IMG/VR virus record: IMGVR_UViG_3300029305_003293
Location: 118,161 to 173,283 of that record
Source: a virus
Lineage: Duplodnaviria > Heunggongvirae > Uroviricota > Caudoviricetes
Reading direction: 5' to 3' (one strand)
DNA: 55,123 nt
Each line of letters starts with the position of its first letter. The stretch's first letter is position 1. Of the stretch, positions 1-6,998 are shown piece by piece. Made by a program: the position numbers and the translations under genes. The notes beneath the pieces are model-generated. The model saw only the letters and a list, made by a program, of their open reading frames with translations. It searched no databases and was not told the DNA's origin.

Positions 1-47
1 TCGCCACAAACACTGTCAAATGAGGCTTCGGGTCACTCATTTGAAAA

Positions 48-123
<76 letters not shown>

Positions 124-240
124 ATATGATGCGTGAGTTAGTCTTATCCTCACGACTAGAATTTCGTAGCAACTTAGGCTACCCGTCCTTCGGCGGTAAT
201 TGGTGCGCCATCGGGGACTCGAACCCCGGACACCGTGATT

Positions 241-711
241 TTTTAGTCATTCGGTGAAAATATCTTCCAACTTATAGTCATTTGCGAACATAATATTTTT
301 TACCTGTCCATTTCGGGTAGGCTTAATTCGCAAACGCTGATTACGAGAACCACACTTTTCAACAGGAATAACATAACATTGCCCTGCATAATAAGTTGCG
401 AAATAATCAATTTCTTCTTTTGAATAAGAATGATTTATTGTTCGCTGTGTATTCGTGTGGCTACTACTCGTAGCAAATTCAATGTATTCATCATCTCCAC
501 CAAGATGGCAAGTCTTTACTTGAATCTTATAAAGATGCCCCTTAATATCAACAATAAAATCATATCGAGAATCTGCAACTAATGGTTGGCTAACTTGATA
601 GCCCTTTGAAAGAAAACTTTCAGCGACTTGAAGTTCTGTTATCTTACCTTGAAAATGCGTGTTTAACAACACTATCACATCCTTAGGGAAGATATTTTCT
701 CCTTCTGTCTA
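241..711 (-). mobile_element. 471-nt tRNA intron/insertion carrying an endonuclease ORF, with complementary ends
   Basis: Lies between the two tRNA halves. 13-bp inverted repeat at 256-268/687-699, plus TTTTTAG/CTAAAAA pairing at the junctions. Confidence 0.8.
247..678 (-). CDS. PD-(D/E)XK homing-type endonuclease (I-Ssp6803I-like)
   Basis: Motifs GKITE...GYQVSQP..DSRYDFIVD..G.LYKIQVK and DYFATYY...YVIP match this family as I recall it. Confidence 0.8.
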   Translation of the reverse strand: MIVLLNTHFQGKITELQVAESFLSKGYQVSQPLVADSRYDFIVDIKGHLYKIQVKTCHLGGDDEYIEFATSSSHTNTQRTINHSYSKEEIDYFATYYAGQCYVIPVEKCGSRNQRLRIKPTRNGQVKNIMFANDYKLEDIFTE

Positions 712-755
712 AAAAGTCACGTGCTCTACCACCTGAGCTAATGGCGCATAAGAAG

Positions 756-832
756 TGGTACACCGTCTGGGGTTCGAACCCAGGACCCACTGATTAAGAA
801 TCAGTTGCTCTACCAACTAAGCCAACGGTGCA
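756..832 (-). tRNA. tRNA-Lys(CTT)
   Basis: Cloverleaf; ACTGA-TT CTT AA-TCAGT; CCA. Confidence 0.93.
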
Positions 833-958
833 TAATTGACTTCTCGGTTTCCACCAATTGGTGAGGCTTGCCCGTAGCCGGTTTGGCATCCGTTCAGTCA
901 TTCGGATGTTTGAGGAGAGCCAGCGCTCTCGATGCGAGAGGTCCCGCAATAAAGTTAG

Positions 959-1044
959 TGGTGCCCCCGGCCGGACTCGAACCGGCACGCCCATAGGGCA
1001 ACAGATTTTAAGTCTGTGGCGTCTGCCTATTCCGCCACGAGGGC
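959..1044 (-). tRNA. tRNA-Leu(TAA)
   Basis: ACAGA-CT TAA AA-TCTGT; long variable arm; CCA. Confidence 0.95.
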
Positions 1045-1049
1045 ATATA

Positions 1050-1143
1050 CAAGACTCTGGTTCTTTCCACGGATTCGAACCGTGCTTAAGGAGTTGCACA
1101 AAAAACTTCTATTTAACCAATAATTGATTGCTGTTACAGAGTC
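1050..1143 (-). ncRNA. Atypical tRNA-like element (CAGCAAT type, copy A)
   Basis: GACTCTG/CAGAGTC closing stem followed by TTG; CAGCAAT after the 5' strand; perfect T-arm CACGG-TTCGAAT-CCGTG; no CCA. Confidence 0.5.
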
Positions 1144-1151
1144 CTTATCAA

Positions 1152-1192
1152 CCTTACATATATATTATATCAAATTTTTTTTAATTTTTCAA
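1152..1192 (-). promoter_or_regulatory. Repeated sigma-A-type promoter cassette (representative of about 14 copies)
   Basis: TTGAAA-N17-TATAAT followed by ATATATGTAAGG. Near-identical copies near 2706, 3214, 3588, 4245, 5502, 10079, 11833 and 13914; variants near 8023, 12443, 14297, 17782 and 30958. Confidence 0.85.
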
Positions 1193-1193
1193 A

Positions 1194-1436
1194 TTACCAT
1201 ACTTCTTTGCTGGAAAAACCAACATACTTTTCAATTTCGTCGTATACTTTCTCCATAAAGATAGTATATTCTTCATTAGCACGATCGGAAGCCTCGGGAG
1301 TCGCCAGATCTTCTCCTTCATAGCCATACGGCAGTGGAATGTCGAAAGCTTCCGCGAGATCGAAGACATCAAAATCTCCATTTTCAATCGAAGCATAAAC
1401 CGCACGCGCGATCATTCGCTTAACCTTTTCGTTCAT
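1194..1436 (-). CDS. Small acidic hypothetical protein
   Basis: 80-aa ORF with AAGGAG RBS; D/E-rich. Confidence 0.7.
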   Translation of the reverse strand: MNEKVKRMIARAVYASIENGDFDVFDLAEAFDIPLPYGYEGEDLATPEASDRANEEYTIFMEKVYDEIEKYVGFSSKEVW

Positions 1437-1458
1437 ATTTGTCTCCTTTTGATTTAAA

Positions 1459-1549
1459 TGGCGGGGTAGGTAGGATTTGAACCCACGGAGGGCTATTAAC
1501 CCTCAATAGTTTTCAAGACTATCGTCATAAGCCACTCGACCACTACCCC
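1459..1549 (-). tRNA. tRNA-Ser(TGA)
   Basis: ATAGT-CT TGA AA-ACTAT; long variable arm; G73; CCA. Confidence 0.95.
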
Positions 1550-1587
1550 ATATAATCTGTGGGCCCGTAGGTTACCACAGTAAGAAC

Positions 1588-1675
1588 TGGCGGAGCCGGT
1601 GAGGTTCGAACTCACGCACCATTACTGGCCTAGCGGTTTAGCAAACCGCCCCCTTTACCACTTGGGTACAGCTCC
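1588..1675 (-). tRNA. tRNA-Ser(GCT)
   Basis: GCGGT-TT GCT AA-ACCGC; long variable arm; G73; CCA. Confidence 0.95.
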
Positions 1676-1677
1676 AC

Positions 1678-2126
1678 ATGTTGGCGCTCTTTTAAGGCGA
1701 GCTACCAATACTCCCCCACAGCATCACCGCAGTTGTTACTTTTTGTCGACACTACCGCAACCAGGTAGTAGGCTTTCGCGCCCATCTCCACTTTTTTCTC
1801 TTGACGAAAGTTAAAGTGTAACGCACGGATAAGAGATATCTTTAAGCATTGACCCAGCTAAGTGAGGATCTATCAGGCAATATCTTGCGGGCCATACCCC
1901 TTTTATTCAGCCGATATGGTAGCCTAGTCACTTTATCGCCGACAAGCGGATATTCCATTTTGCCGCGCCAAATATCAAGCGCCTGCTAAGCTCTCGTGCT
2001 TAGACCCAACGCATATTCTATCTTTTTTCACGCCGAATATATAGCGCTAAGCGGGAATTAATTGCCCTCACGCCAGAGGCGACCGTTTATAAGACCCCGG
2101 TTCATTGGTCTCTCTTACTGGGTCTA
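1678..2126 (-). ncRNA. Large structured ncRNA, ROOL-like
   Basis: About 450 nt with no ORF inside the tRNA array. The 3' part (GATGGGCGCGAAAG..CCTGGTTG..GGTAG..GACAAAAAG..AGCTCG..AAAAGAGCG) resembles ROOL RNA as I recall it. Boundaries are approximate. Confidence 0.6.
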
Positions 2127-2202
2127 CTACAAGCCAAGAAGGATTCGAACCCTCATTTTCCCATTACAGGTGGGACGATCTCACCTATTGAACTACTGGC
2201 CA
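2127..2202 (-). tRNA. Degenerate tRNA-Thr(TGT)
   Basis: TCCCA-CC TGT AA-TGGGA arm and a good T-arm; weak acceptor stem, C33, no CCA. Confidence 0.6.
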
Positions 2203-2214
2203 TTTTCAACCCTA

Positions 2215-2290
2215 TGGTGCCTCCGGTAGGAATCGAACCTACGACTTACGGGATATGAGTCCGTTGCTCTACCGACTGAGCTACAGAGGC
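2215..2290 (-). tRNA. tRNA-Met(CAT), probably elongator
   Basis: Cloverleaf; loop CT CAT AT; CCA. Confidence 0.85.
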
Positions 2291-2297
2291 ATAAAAA

Positions 2298-2372
2298 CAA
2301 GGCGGCTTAGAAAAAACTACTTTTAATCCCACATTAAATGTTTTTAATAAATAGAATTGCTGAGTCCGCCTT
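2298..2372 (-). ncRNA. CAGCAAT-type element, copy B
   Basis: AAGGCGG/CCGCCTT closing stem ending TTG; CAGCAAT 3 nt after the 5' strand; AT-rich internal hairpins. Confidence 0.4.
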
Positions 2373-2405
2373 TAAGTAAGAGGTGTTGCGTTTTGAAAAA
2401 GCTTT

Positions 2406-2480
2406 TGGTAGCCCTACCGGGAGTCGAACCCGGGACTTCAGCTTGAAGGGCTGACGGCTTGACCGCTTGCCTATAGGGCC
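2406..2480 (-). tRNA. tRNA-Glu(TTC)
   Basis: TCAGC-CC TTC AA-GCTGA (C33 instead of U33); CCA. Confidence 0.88.
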
Positions 2481-2621
2481 ATGGGAGCATTTACTTTGCT
2501 TTCTTATATACCGCTTTCCACTAAGCCACATATCGCCGTGCTTCGCACGCCGCCGGTGATAGTTTAACACTCCTAAAATCCATGTTAGCGGTTTTCACCT
2601 TTAAGGGCGGTGAAGCGCCCT

Positions 2622-2696
2622 TGGCGCCCTGTGTAGGACTCGAACCTACAACCTAACGGTTAACAGCCGTTTGCTCCACCATTGAGCTAACAGGGC
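2622..2696 (-). tRNA. tRNA-Asn(GTT)
   Basis: AACGG-CT GTT AA-CCGTT; CCA. Confidence 0.95.
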
Positions 2697-2991
2697 ATTT
2701 CTTAACCTTACATTATTATTATATCAAAATTTTTGATATTTTTCAAATGGAAGGTTAATGAATCAACATCTTTTTATAGGCTTAGTCTCGCCACCCGAGC
2801 AGCTTGTGCTAACATCTACCGTGCTTAGAGCAACCGATGCCACTTCTACTTCAGGGTATACGCCCATTATTTTTTGCTACGCTAAATCCCGGGCCAGGCA
2901 AAGTAGACTTTCTTTTAGGTCGCGGCCAACGACCCCGGTCTTACATCAATTATTTAGCCTCGCTGTTGGATGGCGGCAAACCTACGAGGAT

Positions 2992-3066
2992 TGGTGGCGC
3001 CAGTAGGACTCGAACCTAACATTCTCTGCTTGAGAGGCAGACCTCCTACCTTTAGAGGATGGCGTC
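2992..3066 (-). tRNA. tRNA-Glu(CTC)
   Basis: TCTGC-CT CTC AA-GCAGA; CCA. Confidence 0.92.
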
Positions 3067-3268
3067 ATATAGTGCCGAGACCGTTGCTCGGCGCGGTAGT
3101 TAATAAGTAATTTGTGGGGCGCGCTTATTACTACACATCGCGCAGACGGCTCATTCACAACTGCCGACCCATCGGGGCTTTTAGGAAATTTTCATTTCCT
3201 AAGGTCTTTCCTTACCTTCTATATATATTATATCAAATTTTTTTGAATTTTTCAAATTGCCGATTTGT

Positions 3269-3424
3269 TTACCAGTTACCCCATGCTCCCAAATCGACAG
3301 AATTTTGAACGAAGTTATTGAACTCTTCGGTCTGGAGGGCTTCACATTCATCAGGATCTACACCGTGTTCGTAACAATCCTCATACCAAGGACAATTAGT
3401 GCAGCGCTCATCGCAACGAACCAT
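3269..3424 (-). CDS. 51-aa Cys/acidic mini-protein (not in the ORF track)
   Basis: AAGGAGG RBS then MVRCDERCTNCPWYEDCYEHGVDPDECEALQTEEF... Confidence 0.65.
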   Translation of the reverse strand: MVRCDERCTNCPWYEDCYEHGVDPDECEALQTEEFNNFVQNSVDLGAWGNW

Positions 3425-3445
3425 AATGCTTCCTCCTTTTGTCAA

Positions 3446-3565
3446 TTAGTCTTCCAGGTCACAAAGGGCTTCGCCTTCCCAGAGCATCATATGCCCATCG
3501 GGAATATCATAGAACTCCTCACAAGTAATATCACACACAAAGTCATCGAGAAACAATACATCCAT
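3446..3565 (-). CDS. 39-aa acidic mini-protein (not in the ORF track)
   Basis: Promoter cassette and GGGAGG RBS; MDVLFLDDFVCDITCEEFYDIPDG... Confidence 0.6.
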   Translation of the reverse strand: MDVLFLDDFVCDITCEEFYDIPDGHMMLWEGEALCDLED

Positions 3566-3696
3566 CAGGAATTCCTCCCTTTCTCAACCTTACATATATA
3601 TTATATCATAAAATTTTGAATTTTTCAATTTGCCGTTCGGTGGTATTAGTTCTTCAAATTACCTCTACATCGGCAAATAGGGAGGGCCCAAAAATT

Positions 3697-3918
3697 TTAC
3701 TCTTCGTAAGTGATAGGATCATGAAAAAATTCGCGCAACTTATCTTGCTGTTCCTTGGAAAGACAATACCAATCGGATAGGATGTCATCCAGCAACATAC
3801 AGACATCATCCATACATACTTCGACATCTGCTTCAGGGCTACCAAGTCTATCAATAGATAGATGTAATTCCGAAGAAGGACTATGATATAATGGCGAGAA
3901 ACGAATATACTTTTTCAT
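3697..3918 (-). CDS. Hypothetical protein
   Basis: 73-aa ORF abutting the upstream gene. Confidence 0.6.
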   Translation of the reverse strand: MKKYIRFSPLYHSPSSELHLSIDRLGSPEADVEVCMDDVCMLLDDILSDWYCLSKEQQDKLREFFHDPITYEE

Positions 3919-3919
3919 A

Positions 3920-4213
3920 TTAAATTACCTCGCCAAAATCCCTAACTTCACCAGTCAGTTTATCAAAGTGAAGATCACTACGACATTCCTCAGAAAGAGA
4001 AATCCACTCAAGAGAAATGATAGGACACTTAACAGTATCGCCGCAAGCCTCAGCAACTTCTTCGAGATAATCTTCGATCTCGATTACGCTGCCGCACTCA
4101 AGGCAAATAATCTCTTCGCCATAGGCAATACCGCAGATATAATCTTCATTTTCGATATCATAGAAGGCAACCTGAGCGGGACGCTCGAAATAACGCTGAG
4201 TCATATCTAACAC
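3920..4213 (-). CDS. Acidic hypothetical protein with a CxxC motif
   Basis: 97 aa; ICLECG; downstream of a promoter cassette. Confidence 0.7.
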   Translation of the reverse strand: MLDMTQRYFERPAQVAFYDIENEDYICGIAYGEEIICLECGSVIEIEDYLEEVAEACGDTVKCPIISLEWISLSEECRSDLHFDKLTGEVRDFGEVI

Positions 4214-4295
4214 CTCTTGATATAATCTTTAAGGTCTTTCTCAACCTTACATATATATTATATCAAATTTTTTTTAATTTTTCAAATAAGAGGTC

Positions 4296-4535
4296 TTAGA
4301 ACTTGACAAAGGAATCTTGAAGAGACTTAATACCTTCTTTGTATTCTACCAGACAACAATTGTCAATAAAACTATAAATACTCAAAGAAATAATATTATT
4401 CTCTCCATAGTGATCAGTAAGAATAGCTACTGCTTCCTTATAACTTTCCGCTCCACCAAGCAAACCATGAGCTACCTTAGTTTTTGTGGGGTCGAAAGCA
4501 AAATCAATATAAACCTTCACCTTATATTTAAACAT
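4296..4535 (-). CDS. Hypothetical protein
   Basis: 79 aa; AAGGAG RBS. Confidence 0.65.
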   Translation of the reverse strand: MFKYKVKVYIDFAFDPTKTKVAHGLLGGAESYKEAVAILTDHYGENNIISLSIYSFIDNCCLVEYKEGIKSLQDSFVKF

Positions 4536-4563
4536 ACATTAGTCTCCTTTTGCTTAAATAAGT

Positions 4564-4640
4564 TGGTGGGCCCTCTGGGACTCGAACCCAGGATCAACCG
4601 GTTATGAGCCGGGTGCTGTAACCAACTCAGCTAAAGGCCC
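4564..4640 (-). tRNA. tRNA-Ile2/Met(CAT)
   Basis: CCGG-CT CAT AA-CCGG; body resembles lysidine-type Ile2 tRNA; CCA. Confidence 0.85.
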
Positions 4641-4643
4641 AAA

Positions 4644-4782
4644 TGGTGACGAGGGTAGGATTCGAACCTACACTTTAGGGCTTTTCCAGAGCGTTTCAAA
4701 TTTGAGTAGCATTGCTGATTAGTTTATTTCTAAACTACCTTAATTTTACTTTTTCCTGCTTCTGCCGTTGAGCGACCTCGTC
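4644..4782 (-). tRNA. tRNA with a 62-nt insertion in the anticodon stem (anticodon GGA after removal)
   Basis: Perfect acceptor stem GACGAGG/CCTCGTC plus ACCA and T-arm GTAGG/CCTAC. Deleting 4693-4754 restores a 5-bp stem GGGCT/AGCCC around CT GGA AA. Confidence 0.65.
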
Positions 4783-4794
4783 ATAAAAGGAGCA

Positions 4795-5172
4795 TTATAG
4801 CTCCATAAAATATTCCCAAGCAGTATTAATAAACCACTTAATAATGGCATTTAAGACACCAATGCCAGTAAAAACCTGAAGAAGAAACACAAGCCAATTA
4901 GGGAAAAATATCCCAAAAAAGCCTCCAACAAATGCGATTGGAACTGCCATACAAATGGCAAAAAGGACTAACAAGAAACAAGCCGAAGCAACAAGGTCTA
5001 AACGACGAGAAAATTTTCTCAATCGAGTATCTGTTTGTTTAATCTTATCATCTTTGACATCCTCTTCAATCATAATATGCTGAGGAGGAAGCATATGTTT
5101 TGGCGTTTTGGTCTTGAAATGCCTACCATTTGAATCAATTGTGTAGTAAATTTCTTTGCGCTTTTTACCCAT
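4795..5172 (-). CDS. Membrane protein
   Basis: Two hydrophobic segments in the C-terminal half. Confidence 0.7.
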   Translation of the reverse strand: MGKKRKEIYYTIDSNGRHFKTKTPKHMLPPQHIMIEEDVKDDKIKQTDTRLRKFSRRLDLVASACFLLVLFAICMAVPIAFVGGFFGIFFPNWLVFLLQVFTGIGVLNAIIKWFINTAWEYFMEL

Positions 5173-5480
5173 TACAGTCCAAGCTCCTCCATTAAACGAG
5201 CAAGAGTTGCAGCTTCATTCTCTTCCATAGGCTTAACTTTCTGCGGAGCAACAACATAACCATCAACCGGTGACTCATCTTCAAAATTTAGATCGCCACC
5301 ACTATCCGGCAGAGGATTCTTAACCGCAGTCATTGTAACTGCAATCTGCATACGCTCGCCATTCTCAGTAGACCAAAAATGGAACTTCTTACCAGTGTCA
5401 TCTACACCGACATAGTCTTTACCAGCCGCGGCGATAAACCGCTTCATAAGATTATCCTTCGCAATAGCACCCTTCGCCAT
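5172..5480 (-). CDS. Hypothetical protein
   Basis: 102 aa after a promoter cassette. Confidence 0.75.
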   Translation of the reverse strand: MAKGAIAKDNLMKRFIAAAGKDYVGVDDTGKKFHFWSTENGERMQIAVTMTAVKNPLPDSGGDLNFEDESPVDGYVVAPQKVKPMEENEAATLARLMEELGL

Positions 5481-5543
5481 AGGACAACCACCTTTCCTTT
5501 ACCTTATGTATATATTATATAATATTTTTTTTAATTTTTCAAA

Positions 5544-6998
5544 TTACCAATTATCATTTGGCGTTTCTCTGCAATAAGGACACAACACAGGTTTTTCTTC
5601 GTTTAACAGATGATCCTTATCATATACATAAAATTCTTCATCACAAGAAGAGCATACAAGAATATGTTCTTGATAGCAATCAGGGCAAATAGTTAATCCT
5701 TCTCGATCAATAGTGCAAGTCTGATCCTCCCAAACTCTTGTTCCACAAATATCACACTCAAGAATTTCATCAGAATCAATATCTGTATCAAGTAAACACT
5801 AATCGCACAGCATAAATTCTGAATGGTGAACCGCACTATTGCTACAAATCAAGCAAGGAACTTTTCCGCCAACAATGATTGGAACATCCTGATTGCTCAT
5901 ATATGGAAATTGACTTGCAAAATGTAGCATAACAGGAGTATAAAAAGAAGAATCAAGCAGATCGTTAAAAGCCATGGATTCACTATGACTCTTAATATAA
6001 TTTGTAATAGGAGAAATACTGCCCATTGCTGCAACATAAGATTCAATCAAAGGCACTTCTCGACCATTAATAACAGGATTATCTTTAATTACCGCACTCT
6101 CCCATTTCAACTCCCAGGGATAAATCGGTGCACTATCATCAGTCAAGAAAAAATTCAAAGGCTTAAAAAGTTTTTCTACGACTGCGCTCAAAGCATAATC
6201 TGAACTAAAAGGATACTGCCGACCCGCCCAGACAATATTGCGTCTAAAGTCAAAGAAAAACCAGCAACGCCACTTCTTATCATTCCATTTAGTTTCACCA
6301 AAACGAGGAAGATATACATCTTCTTTGTCACTTTTAAGATAAGCGATTACAGTGCATTTATCCATCATATAAGATAAATTACCAGCTCTGTATTCTCCAT
6401 CCAGAGCATGACAACTGCGCCAACCATGATTATTCTCACTTGCGCTGAGAAAATCCAATGGATGGACTGAAAGACAAAGTTTGCCTGTTACACTATTCTC
6501 TTGAATAAGACGCGATAGTTCACAGCGAATGGTTTCAATAGCCTCTTCGCCGCAAATAGGTGTATAATATTTTACAAGTGCCTTACTAAGTTTCATACCT
6601 TCAGGCACAAATTCATCTGTTTGCGAAATATATACGCCGTGATAGACTTTATTATCCATAATACCATCACCATTAATAGAAAATAAATCTACAATGGCAG
6701 TACTTCTGGTAACATTAAAAGCCCATTCGATAAAATTGTCAATTTTTCTTTCTCTTGCTTCTTTATCAAGCTTAAAAGTAATAAGCTCCTCTGTCTCGTA
6801 GATCAGCGACGGTAGAGCGTTCAAGAACTTTTCCTTCGAAACCCGCCACTGGTTCAATAGTGGTTCCAGATCCATCCGATACTTCGGTATGCCCTGAGAT
6901 GCTGAGATTACTTCCTTCAGAGGCTCCATTAGCGTTTCCATCATCATTGTTCTTATTCTCTCCTCGACAATTTCTACATTTCCAAGTTGTGCGATCAA
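5544..6998 (-). CDS. Conserved hypothetical (HPLD/WxSC/RQYP) with C-terminal Zn ribbons; reads through TAG at 5799-5801
   Basis: Reading TAG as Gln adds 85 aa and gives CDQC, CDIC, CPDC, CSSC and CPYC. Paralog of 10121-11809. True start may be about 50 nt downstream. Confidence 0.8.

Larger units (their letters stand above)
201..748 (-). tRNA. tRNA-Lys(TTT) interrupted in the anticodon loop (exons 748-712 and 240-201)
   Basis: 5' half TGCGCCATTAGCTCAGGTGGTAGAGCACGTGACTTTT and 3' half AATCACGGTGTCCGGGGTTCGAGTCCCCGATGGCGCACCA. Acceptor stem TGCGCCA/TGGCGCA and anticodon stem CGTGA/TCACG are complementary. The joined sequence resembles Firmicute tRNA-Lys(UUU). Confidence 0.88.

Noticed and set aside
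124-200. Hammerhead, pistol or theta ribozyme after tRNA-Lys
   Set aside because: Stems and a GAAA are present, but there is no CUGAnGA core and the apparent pseudoknot has an impossible 1-nt loop.
241-711. Group I intron
   Set aside because: No space for a catalytic core outside the ORF and no terminal G at a workable 3' splice site.
794-3308. Track ORFs overlapping tRNAs and ncRNAs (794, 858, 1599, 2334, 2758, 2837, 3114)
   Set aside because: They overlap clear RNA genes or structured spacers and lack RBS or protein-like features.
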